From: an uncultured Acidobacteriota bacterium
GTDB lineage: Bacteria > Acidobacteriota > Thermoanaerobaculia > Multivoradales > SZUA-115
Length of the DNA: 64,000 nucleotides
Assembly: GCA_963805975.1 (NCBI GenBank)
Contig: CAWDVR010000004.1
Span: 528,977-592,976, forward strand
Reading direction: 5' to 3'
The translations under genes and the position numbers were made by a program. Numbering within the stretch: position 1 is the first letter of the stretch; each line of letters starts with the position of its first letter. Shown in pieces: positions 47,348-55,644 of the stretch. The notes beneath the pieces were generated by a model, which saw nothing but the letters and a program-made list of their open reading frames with translations, did no database searches and was not told the origin of the DNA.

Positions 47348-50300
47348 GTGAACAACCTGGCGGCGGCAGAGAGGCGGGTCGAAGATGCGTTGCGCACCAG
47401 ACTGGAACATCTGGACCTCGGAGACCTAGCCCTAGAGCGCTTACCCACGCGCCTGCGAGAGCTCACTCATCTCCGAGTCTTGGCTCTGGGATGCCTCCGA
47501 CTGAGAGACGATGGGACTTTCGAGTGGGACAGCGATAGACAGCCTCCGTCCTTTTCCGACCTGTCAGCCTTGGCCGGGCTCCAAGGACTTCAGAGTCTGA
47601 ACCTCAGCTACTGCGGGGGCGTGACGGACCTGTCTGCCTTGGCCGGGCTCCAAGGCCTCCAGAGGGTGGACCTCAGCTACTGCGGGGGCGTGACGGACCT
47701 GTCTGTCTTGGCCGGGCTCCAGGGCCTCCAGAGCCTGAACCTCAGCTTCTGCAAGGGCGTGACGGACCTGTCTGTCTTGGCCGGGCTCCCAGGCCTCCAG
47801 AGCCTGTACCTCAGCGGCTGCGAGGGCGTGACGGACCTGTCTGTCTTGGCCGGGCTCCCAGGCCTCCAGAGCCTGTACCTCAGCGGCTGCGAGGGCGTGA
47901 CGGACCTGTCTGTCTTGGCCGGGCTCCCAGGCCTCCAGAGCCTGGACCTCAGCGGCTGCGAGGGCGTGACGGACCTGTCTGTCTTGGCCGGGCTCCAAGG
48001 CCTCCAGAGCCTGAACCTCAGCGGCTGCGAGGGCGTGACGGACCTGTCTGTCTTGGCCGGGCTCCAAGGCCTCCAGAGCCTGTACCTCAGCGGCTGCGCG
48101 GGCGTGACGGACCTGTCTGTCTTGGCCGGGCTCCAAGGACTCCAGAGCCTGAACCTCAGCTCCTGCGCGGGCGTGACGGACCTGTCTGTCTTGGCCGGGC
48201 TCCAAGGACTCCAGAGCCTGAACCTCAGCTTCTGCAAGGGCGTGACGGACCTGTCTGTCTTGGCCGGGCTCCCAGGCCTCCAGAGCCTGTACCTCAGCGG
48301 CTGCGAGGGCGTGACGGACCTGTCTGTCTTGGCCGGGCTCCCAGGCCTCCAGAGCCTGTACCTCAGCGGCTGCGAGGGCGTGACGGACCTGTCTGTCTTG
48401 GCCGGGCTCCCAGGCCTCCAGAGCCTGGACCTCAGCGGCTGCGAGGGCGTGACGGACCTGTCTGTCTTGGCCGGGCTCCAAGGCCTCCAGAGCCTGAACC
48501 TCAGCGGCTGCGAGGGCGTGACGGACCTGTCTGTCTTGGCCGGGCTCCAAGGCCTCCAGAGCCTGTACCTCAGCGGCTGCGCGGGCGTGACGGACCTGTC
48601 TGTCTTGGCCGGGCTCCAAGGACTCCAGAGCCTGAACCTCAGCTCCTGCGCGGGCGTGACGGACCTGTCTGTCTTGGCCGGGCTCCAAGGACTCCAGAGC
48701 CTGAACCTCAGCTTCTGCAAGGGCGTGACGGACCTGTCTGTCTTGGCCGGGCTCCAAGGCCTCCAGAGCCTGGACCTCAGCTACTGCCGGGGCGTGACGG
48801 ACCTGCCTGGCTTGGCCGGGCTCCAAGGCCTCCAGAACCTGGATCTCAGCTTCTGCCGGGGCGTGACGGACCTGTCTGTCTTGGCCGGGCTCCAAGGCCT
48901 CCAGAGCCTGGACCTCAGCTACTGCCGGGGCGTGACGGACCTGTCTGCCTTGGCCGGGCTCCAAGGCCTCCAGAGCCTGAACCTCAGCTCCTGCCCGGGC
49001 GTGGCGGACCTGTCTGCCTTGGCCGGGCTCCAAGGCGTCCAGAGCCTGAACCTCAGCGGCTGCGAGGGCGTGACGGACCTGTCTGCCTTGGCCGGGCTCC
49101 AAGGCGTCCAGAGCCTGAACCTCAGCGGCTGCGAGGGCGTGACGGACCTGTCTGCCTTGGCCGGGCTCCAAGGCCTCCAGAGCCTGAACCTCCGTAACTG
49201 TAAGGGCGTGACGGACCTGTCTGGCTTGGCCGGGCTCCAAGGCCTCCAGAACCTGAACCTCAGCTCCTGCCCGGGCCTGATGGACCTGTCTGCCTTGGCT
49301 GGGCTCCAAGGCCTCCAGAGCCTCGACTTCAGCGACCGCCAGGGTGTGACGGACCTGTCTGCCTTGGCCGGGCTCCAAGGCCTCCAGAGCCTGAACCTCA
49401 GCGACTGCCTGGCCGTGACGGACCTGTCTGCCTTGGCTGGGCTCCAAGGCCTCCGGAGCCTGAACCTCTACTCCTGTCGGCCGCCGATCGAAAACACCGT
49501 TCTTCGGAACCTGGTGGCAAGCCCTCGGCTAGCGAGCCTCATCTGCGACGAGGGGGAGAGCATGCCGCGAGAGGTTCTCTCGCATGAGTCCGATGAAGAC
49601 TGTCTCCCACGTCTCCGTAGCTTCTTCGCTGAGATCGACCGAGGCGCAGAGGCGGAGCGGGAAGTGAAAGTGATCCTGCTAGGCAACGGCTGTGTTGGGA
49701 AGACTCAGCTCTGTCGTCGGTTTCGCGATCAGCCTTTCGACGAAGCGATTGGATCGACTCACGGAGTCCAGATCTGGCGGGACGAGCTCCGACTCCCATC
49801 GCGTGGCGAGCCAGAGAATGCATTTCAGGTGAACTGGTGGGACTTCGGCGGACAGGACATCTACCACGGCACGCATGCGCTTTTCCTACGCAGTCGCGCC
49901 GTGTTCCTGCTTCTCTGGACCCCACAGCTCGAGAACCGCGACGAATACACGGAGCAGGGCATCCCGCTACGCAACCAACCCCTTGCCTACTGGCTGGACT
50001 ACGTCCGTACTCTGGCTGGCGACGGCAGCCCCGTGATTGTGGTGCAAAGCAAGTGCGACACCTTCAAGCACGAGCTCTCAGCTCCGAATAGGCCCGAGGG
50101 ACTCGAATTCTTCCGCTGTTGCGCCTACAGTGCCGTCACGGATTTTGGCAGAGAAGTTCTCGAAGTCCAGCTCCGCGAAGCGGTGCGCTTCCAGCTTGAG
50201 AAAACCGGCTCTCTAGCCATCGGACACGCTCGCGCTGAGGTTCGCCGCCGGCTCTATCAGATGCGCAGCGAGGACCAGGAACAAAGACCAGAGGATCGTC

Positions 50301-51835
50301 GGCACCGCACTCTAACTCTGGACGAGTTCCGCAGCCTCTGCGAGGAGGTGGGCGGCATTGCCTCGTGGGAGCATGCCCTCGACTACTTCCACCACACCGG
50401 CGTGGTCTTCTATCGCCCGGATCTCTTCTCCAATCGCATTCTCCTCGATCAGGACTGGGCGCTCGAAGCGATCTACACCGTATTTCATCGCGGCCGAGCC
50501 GCGCGCTGGCTGCGGGACTCTGGGCGCTTCAGCCGCGAGGATCTCTCGATGATGGCCTGGCAACAGCATTCGGTGGAGGAGCAGAAGCTCTTCCTCGGGC
50601 TGATGGAGAGCTGCGGCGTGTGCTTCGCATGCGGTACCGCTTCCCTGGGGGAGACGATCTATGCGGCGCCGGACCTGTTACCACTGTTTTCGGCTGTGCA
50701 AGGGCGGCTCTTCGGCTGGAAGGACGACCCCCAAGCACCGTCCTTGTGGCTCGAGTATCAGTTTTTTCACCCCGCAGTGATTCGCGGCCTGATGAGCGCG
50801 ATCGGCCGCCAGGCGGGAGAGGCCGCCGAGTATTGGAAGTATGGGTTCCGGCTCTGGGATCGCAAGCGAGATGCTCAGATCCTGATCCAGCAGCATGACA
50901 CGAGCACCAACGAGACACCGGGACAGGGAGCCCTGGAGCTGACGGCGCAGGGCCGTGATGCACTCGGCCTTCTCCGCGGGATCTGGAAGGAGATCCGGCA
51001 ACGTCAGATTGGCGAGCCGCCCGAGGAGTTCCTGAGCCTGGAGGGCGTGACCGTTTCGCGCAGCGCCATGGCCAACGCCATGGAGGGCCAGACGCACGCG
51101 ACGGATGGACGAGTGGTGCCTGTTGCGCCGTTCGCAGCCTTCTTCGAGGACCGCGAGCCCGAAGCCACCGGCGGGAGACGGCCCACCGAACTCCGGCTCG
51201 ACTTCGATCCCGGTATCCCTCCAGCGGGGGAGAAACTGCCGGAGGTGTTCATCTCCTACGCTTGGGGGGACGACAGCATGGAAGGACGTGTGCGGACCGA
51301 GGTGGTTGAGCGTCTGTGCGCGGCGTTGAAGATGGATGGCTTTGCACCGGTGCGGGACCGAGAGGCTCTGCGGCCGGGCGAGCTCATCTCTGCCTTCATG
51401 AAGCAAGCGGCAAGAGCCAACCACGTCGTGGCCGTGATCAGCGACAAGTACCTGCGCTCACCGTACTGCATGTTCGAGATCCACAGGATCTACCAGCAGT
51501 GCGAAGCCGAGGCGGAGAGGCTGGCAAGGCGCGTCCTGCCGATCGTCTTACCCGACGTTCGGCTGGCGACTTTCGAGGAGCGAGCCCCGTATCTGCGCCT
51601 GTGGTCTCGGCGTGAGAAGACGCTCGGGAAGCTCATCCGCGACCCGGAGCTGCATCCCAGTGAGGCCTCCTGGACCGAGTACCGCCTTGTTCATGACTTC
51701 GCCCACCACGTCGACTCAATCCTCGGCTTCATCCAAGATGTTCTGATGCCCCGGAGGCTTGAGGTTCAGCTCGAGAATGGCTTCGAAGCCGTGAGGGAGG
51801 CCCTACGAAGGCGGATCGCGAGGGATGGAGCGTAA
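47348..51835 (+). CDS. Roco protein: 28 LRRs, Roc GTPase, COR and C-terminal TIR domain
   Basis: VKVILLGNGCVGKT, STHGV, WDFGGQDIYHGTH, SKCD; COR YFHHTGVVFY...LDQDW; TIR VFISYAW...ISDKYLRSPYCMFE. Confidence 0.93.
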   Translation: MNNLAAAERRVEDALRTRLEHLDLGDLALERLPTRLRELTHLRVLALGCLRLRDDGTFEWDSDRQPPSFSDLSALAGLQGLQSLNLSYCGGVTDLSALAGLQGLQRVDLSYCGGVTDLSVLAGLQGLQSLNLSFCKGVTDLSVLAGLPGLQSLYLSGCEGVTDLSVLAGLPGLQSLYLSGCEGVTDLSVLAGLPGLQSLDLSGCEGVTDLSVLAGLQGLQSLNLSGCEGVTDLSVLAGLQGLQSLYLSGCAGVTDLSVLAGLQGLQSLNLSSCAGVTDLSVLAGLQGLQSLNLSFCKGVTDLSVLAGLPGLQSLYLSGCEGVTDLSVLAGLPGLQSLYLSGCEGVTDLSVLAGLPGLQSLDLSGCEGVTDLSVLAGLQGLQSLNLSGCEGVTDLSVLAGLQGLQSLYLSGCAGVTDLSVLAGLQGLQSLNLSSCAGVTDLSVLAGLQGLQSLNLSFCKGVTDLSVLAGLQGLQSLDLSYCRGVTDLPGLAGLQGLQNLDLSFCRGVTDLSVLAGLQGLQSLDLSYCRGVTDLSALAGLQGLQSLNLSSCPGVADLSALAGLQGVQSLNLSGCEGVTDLSALAGLQGVQSLNLSGCEGVTDLSALAGLQGLQSLNLRNCKGVTDLSGLAGLQGLQNLNLSSCPGLMDLSALAGLQGLQSLDFSDRQGVTDLSALAGLQGLQSLNLSDCLAVTDLSALAGLQGLRSLNLYSCRPPIENTVLRNLVASPRLASLICDEGESMPREVLSHESDEDCLPRLRSFFAEIDRGAEAEREVKVILLGNGCVGKTQLCRRFRDQPFDEAIGSTHGVQIWRDELRLPSRGEPENAFQVNWWDFGGQDIYHGTHALFLRSRAVFLLLWTPQLENRDEYTEQGIPLRNQPLAYWLDYVRTLAGDGSPVIVVQSKCDTFKHELSAPNRPEGLEFFRCCAYSAVTDFGREVLEVQLREAVRFQLEKTGSLAIGHARAEVRRRLYQMRSEDQEQRPEDRRHRTLTLDEFRSLCEEVGGIASWEHALDYFHHTGVVFYRPDLFSNRILLDQDWALEAIYTVFHRGRAARWLRDSGRFSREDLSMMAWQQHSVEEQKLFLGLMESCGVCFACGTASLGETIYAAPDLLPLFSAVQGRLFGWKDDPQAPSLWLEYQFFHPAVIRGLMSAIGRQAGEAAEYWKYGFRLWDRKRDAQILIQQHDTSTNETPGQGALELTAQGRDALGLLRGIWKEIRQRQIGEPPEEFLSLEGVTVSRSAMANAMEGQTHATDGRVVPVAPFAAFFEDREPEATGGRRPTELRLDFDPGIPPAGEKLPEVFISYAWGDDSMEGRVRTEVVERLCAALKMDGFAPVRDREALRPGELISAFMKQAARANHVVAVISDKYLRSPYCMFEIHRIYQQCEAEAERLARRVLPIVLPDVRLATFEERAPYLRLWSRREKTLGKLIRDPELHPSEASWTEYRLVHDFAHHVDSILGFIQDVLMPRRLEVQLENGFEAVREALRRRIARDGA
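47555..49486 (+). repeat. 28 x 69-bp coding tandem repeat (23-aa LRR) with a 483-bp block duplication
   Basis: Unit TDLSxLAGLQGLQSLxLSxCxGV; units 4-10 (47762-48244) repeated as units 11-17 (48245-48727). Confidence 0.95.
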
Positions 51836-52105
51836 GTTCACCTTCCGCCGGACGCGATGAGAACGGGCCTTGATGACACCCTGCTGCCCTACTGAAGGGT
51901 CGCCAGAGAAGTAGACATCGACCGCGACTTGAGAACCCTCAAGATCGCATGCTGAGCGCATGCCGATGTCGCGCGGCAAGAGAATGCCTTCGCCGCCATC
52001 TCAGGAAGTTATAGATTCGATGGGGGCTTAGCGTGGCCCTCATCCGAGCCGTTCATCTCATACTGAGATCGCAGCGTTACCCGAAGGGGGCGTCGAGCAC
52101 CGCAT

Positions 52106-52132
52106 CAGGGCCTTGCGAGCTCGAACCGAACC
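52106..52132. repeat. Right arm of the 27-bp inverted repeat
   Basis: CAGGGCCTTGCGAGCTCGAACCGAACC. Confidence 0.85.
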
Positions 52133-52249
52133 GCCAGACCGGGTGTGCTTGGTTCCCGCGCCGGCCCTCGTGTACGCTTTCCATGCATGGCCGTGCATGA
52201 ACGTTTTTCTTTCCCTCTTTGCCGTCTATCTACCCTGGAGGCCCTCACC

Positions 52250-53125
52250 TTGAGACGGACCCACACCGCTTGGCAAGTGCTCCGCCTGCTCGTCCCCGCT
52301 CTCGTCCTGGTCGCTGCCTCGGCCGCCCAGGCCCAGGAAGAAAAGAAGCTCGGCTGGTCCGACACCGCCGAGCTGGCGCTGGTGGCCACCGCCGGCAACT
52401 CGGAATCGTCCACCCTCGGCCTCAAGGACACCCTCTTCCACGGCTGGGAGAACGCCCGCTTCCAGCTCGACCTGGGAGCGCTGCGGGCCAAGACCAGCAC
52501 CTTCAGCCGGACGGCGATCGGCACCGGCGCCGGGGACTTCGTGCTGATCGAGGACGAGGAGAGCAAGCTCACGGCCGAGCACTACTTCCTGCGCGGCCGG
52601 TATGAGAGGGACCTCTCCGCGGCCTTCTACTGGTTCGGGGGCGCCGGCTGGGAGCGCAACGAGCTCGCCGGCTTCAGGAGCCGCACCTCGGCCGTCGGCG
52701 GCGTGGGCCGGGTGTGGCTCGCCGGCGAGACGGCGCGCTTCAAGACCGACGCCGGTCTCACCTTCACCGACCAGGACGATGTCACGGACAATCCCGCCGC
52801 CGACTCCCAGTTCCTGGGCGTTCGCCTCTCCTACGACTACTGGCGCAGGCTCACTGCCTCGACCGAGTACGCGAGCGTGCTGATCGTGGACCTGAACGCG
52901 GACGAGACCGACGACCTGCGCGCCGACTTCACCAATTCGGTGGCAGTGTCGATGTCCGAGCGCCTGGCTCTCAAGGCAGGCCTGCAGCTCCTGTTCGACC
53001 ACCAGCCGGCCCTGGCCGCGGTGCCGATCATCCGCCCCGACGGCACCCCGACCGGTGCCGTGGCCTTCGCCGAGCTCGACGACCTGGACTCGATCTTCAC
53101 CGTCTCCCTGGTCGCCAGCTTCTAG
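52250..53125 (+). CDS. DUF481-like outer-membrane beta-barrel protein
   Basis: GGAGG RBS then TTG; signal peptide; ATAGNSES; alternating beta pattern; terminal Phe. Confidence 0.75.
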   Translation: MRRTHTAWQVLRLLVPALVLVAASAAQAQEEKKLGWSDTAELALVATAGNSESSTLGLKDTLFHGWENARFQLDLGALRAKTSTFSRTAIGTGAGDFVLIEDEESKLTAEHYFLRGRYERDLSAAFYWFGGAGWERNELAGFRSRTSAVGGVGRVWLAGETARFKTDAGLTFTDQDDVTDNPAADSQFLGVRLSYDYWRRLTASTEYASVLIVDLNADETDDLRADFTNSVAVSMSERLALKAGLQLLFDHQPALAAVPIIRPDGTPTGAVAFAELDDLDSIFTVSLVASF

Positions 53126-53130
53126 ATCTC

Positions 53131-55587
53131 TTACTCGCGGCCCAAGGCGTCCACCGGCTCCACTGCCGCGGCGCGGCGCGCCGGCAGGTAGGTGGCGGCC
53201 ACGGAAACCGCCAGCAGCACCACGGCGACCGCGGCCAGGGTCGGCGGGTCGGTGGGCTGGACCTCGAAGAGCAGGCTCTTCATCCAGCGCATCAGGACGA
53301 AGGAGGCGGCGAGGCCCAGGGCCACGCCCGCCGCCGCCACGCCGAGACCCTGGGCGAGCACCATCCTCACCACCTGCTGCCGCGCGGCGCCGAGCGCCAT
53401 GCGCACGCCGATCTCCCGCGTGCGCTGCGAGACGAGATAGGAGATCACGCCGTAGATCCCCACCGCGCCCAGCAGCAGGGCGGCGCCGGCGGCGATCGAC
53501 AGCAGCAGCATCGTGAAGCGGGTGCGGGCCATGGAGGCCGCGGTGACTGCGTCCATGGTGCGCAGGTTGGCGATCGGCACCTTGGGATCGACTGCCCACA
53601 CCGCCTGGCGCGCGGCGGCGGCGAGGCTCTCGGGCGCTACACGGGCCTTGACGGCGATCGACATCACGCGCGGCAGCCAGCCGACCGCGCCGCCGTCCCG
53701 GCCGGTGACCGGGTAGTAGAGGAGGTCCACCGGCGCCTTGGTGAGCGCTTCGTGCCGCACGTCGGCCACCACTCCGACGATGGTCAGCCAGTTCTCGCCG
53801 TCGCCCAGGCCGGGCTGCATCCGCTTGCCCAGGGCGCTCTTGCCGGGAAAGAACTTCTTGGCGAAGGTCTCGCTCACCACCAGGGCGCCGCTCTTGTCCA
53901 CGGCGTCGGACGGTGCCAGCAAGCGGCCCTCGATCGCCTCGATGCCCATCGCCTCGAAGTAGCCGGGAGTGGCGCGCAGGTTGGGGACGATGGGCGGCAG
54001 GTCGTTCGGCGCCCGCGGATAGTCCTCGAACGCCATGCCGGACCAGGAGCTGCCGTTGGTGAGCGGCACCGAGGAGGCGGCGCCGGCGTGGGTGACGCCG
54101 GGGAGCGCGCGCAGGCCGTCCAGCACCTGGGTGTAGAAGCGCTCGACCGACGCCGCGTCCCGGTACTCCACGTCGTTGAGCGCCACGCGGAAGGTCAGCA
54201 CGCCGGCGGGGTCGAAGCCGGGATCGACCTGGGCGAGCCGGGTGAAGCTCTTGAGCATCAGGGCCGAGCCCGCGGCGAGCACCAGCGCCAGCGCGAGCTG
54301 CGAGGCGACCAGCACGTTCCTCGCGCGGTGCCGCTCGCGGCCCACGGTGGCGCCGCGCGAGCCGTCGCGCAGCGTCGAGTTGATGCGCGCGTCGCCCTGG
54401 CGGAGAGCGGGGAAGACGCCGAACACCAGGCCGCAGGCGAGCGACAGCGCCGCCGTGAAGGCGAGGGCCCGGCCGTCGATCCCGATCTCGTCCAGGCGCG
54501 GAATGCTGCCGGGGTCGAGGGCGACCAACGCTTCGAGGCCGAGGCGGGCCAGGAGGAGGCCGAGGAGGCCGGCCGCCACGGTCAGCACCAGGCTCTCGAG
54601 AAGGGAAGACAGCGCGATCTGCCGCCGGCCGGCGCCGAGCGCGGTGCGCACCGCCACTTCCTTGGCGCGGCCCTCGGCGCGCACCAGGAAGAGGTTGGCC
54701 ACGTTGGCGCAGGCGATAAGCAGGATGAGGCCGACGCTGCCCAGGAGGATCCACAGCAGCGTGCCCACGTCGCCCACCACGTCGTCGGCCAGCGGGCGCA
54801 CCAGGGTCTTCATCTGCGCCTTCTCGAGCAGCTCGCGCGAGAGGTCGCCGGGGAAGAGCTCGGGGAGCCGCAAGAGCAGCGGGTCGAGCTCGGCCTTCGC
54901 CGCCGCCACCGTCACGCCGGGCTTCAGCCGGGCGATGCCGGAATAGTTGAAGTCGTCGTCGTCGGCCTTGGCGGGGTCGATCTCGAGCGGCAGCCAGAGC
55001 TCGACGTCCTTGGCCGGAAAGCGGAAGTCGGCCGGCAGCACACCGATCACCCGCCGGGCAACGCCGTCCACCTGGAGGGTGCTCTCGAGCACGGCCGGGG
55101 CGCCGCCGAAGCGCTGCTTCCAGGCGCGTTCCGAGATCAGCACCACCGGCTCGGCCCCCGGCAGCTCCTCGTCCTCGCGGTAGAGGCGGCCGAGCATCGG
55201 CTGCACCCCGAGCACCGGGAAGAGCGATGCCGACGTGGCCGCGGAGGGGATGCGCGCCGGCTCGCCCTCGCCGGTGACGTTCGAGCTCTGCTCGGCGTAG
55301 ACGGCGAGATCGTCGAAGGAATGGTTGTTCTGGCGGTAGAGAAGGTAGGTGGCCTCGCTGTGCTCGAACTGCGGCATGTTGAGGCCGGGCGCCGTGTGCC
55401 AGACGCTCACCAGCCGCTCCGCGTCGCGGTAGGGCAAGGGCTCGAGCAGCACCGAGCTCACGACGCTGAAAATGGCGCTGTTGGCGCCCAGCCCCAAGGC
55501 CAGCGTCAGGATGGTGACGACGGTGAAGCCCGGGGTCTTCCACAGGCGGCGGAGGACGGGCTTGAGTGACGGCAGGGCGTGGTCCAT
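53131..55587 (-). CDS. ADOP-type duplicated MacB/FtsX ABC permease
   Basis: TLALGLGANSAIFS, LLIACANVANL, EVAVRTALGA, QRTREIGVRMALGA, PARRAA. Confidence 0.93.
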   Translation of the reverse strand: MDHALPSLKPVLRRLWKTPGFTVVTILTLALGLGANSAIFSVVSSVLLEPLPYRDAERLVSVWHTAPGLNMPQFEHSEATYLLYRQNNHSFDDLAVYAEQSSNVTGEGEPARIPSAATSASLFPVLGVQPMLGRLYREDEELPGAEPVVLISERAWKQRFGGAPAVLESTLQVDGVARRVIGVLPADFRFPAKDVELWLPLEIDPAKADDDDFNYSGIARLKPGVTVAAAKAELDPLLLRLPELFPGDLSRELLEKAQMKTLVRPLADDVVGDVGTLLWILLGSVGLILLIACANVANLFLVRAEGRAKEVAVRTALGAGRRQIALSSLLESLVLTVAAGLLGLLLARLGLEALVALDPGSIPRLDEIGIDGRALAFTAALSLACGLVFGVFPALRQGDARINSTLRDGSRGATVGRERHRARNVLVASQLALALVLAAGSALMLKSFTRLAQVDPGFDPAGVLTFRVALNDVEYRDAASVERFYTQVLDGLRALPGVTHAGAASSVPLTNGSSWSGMAFEDYPRAPNDLPPIVPNLRATPGYFEAMGIEAIEGRLLAPSDAVDKSGALVVSETFAKKFFPGKSALGKRMQPGLGDGENWLTIVGVVADVRHEALTKAPVDLLYYPVTGRDGGAVGWLPRVMSIAVKARVAPESLAAAARQAVWAVDPKVPIANLRTMDAVTAASMARTRFTMLLLSIAAGAALLLGAVGIYGVISYLVSQRTREIGVRMALGAARQQVVRMVLAQGLGVAAAGVALGLAASFVLMRWMKSLLFEVQPTDPPTLAAVAVVLLAVSVAATYLPARRAAAVEPVDALGRE

Positions 55588-55644
55588 GGTCGGGCTCCTC
55601 GAAGCGTCGCGCGGCGGCGCTGCGGACTAGAACGAGCGGTGGGA

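Larger units (their letters stand above)
37761..52080. mobile_element. Integrative mobilizable element (~14.3 kb)
   Basis: CGCAGCGTTAC direct repeat at 37761-37771 and 52070-52080; paired GCATGC arm-like sites at 37888-37906 and 51946-51964; integrase, relaxase, MobC, oriT; visibly lower GC. Confidence 0.85.

Noticed and set aside
47564-49447. Long repetitive minus-strand ORFs (627 and 347 aa)
   Set aside because: Antisense shadows of the LRR array
47555-49486. Possible CRISPR array
   Set aside because: Units are contiguous 69-bp in-frame coding repeats without unique spacers, and no cas genes are present
52226-55569. 1105-aa and 951-aa alternative-frame ORFs, and similar long Arg/Gly/Ala-rich ORFs across the window
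   Set aside because: Stop-poor shadow frames of high-GC genes; they overlap well-supported CDSs and have no motifs
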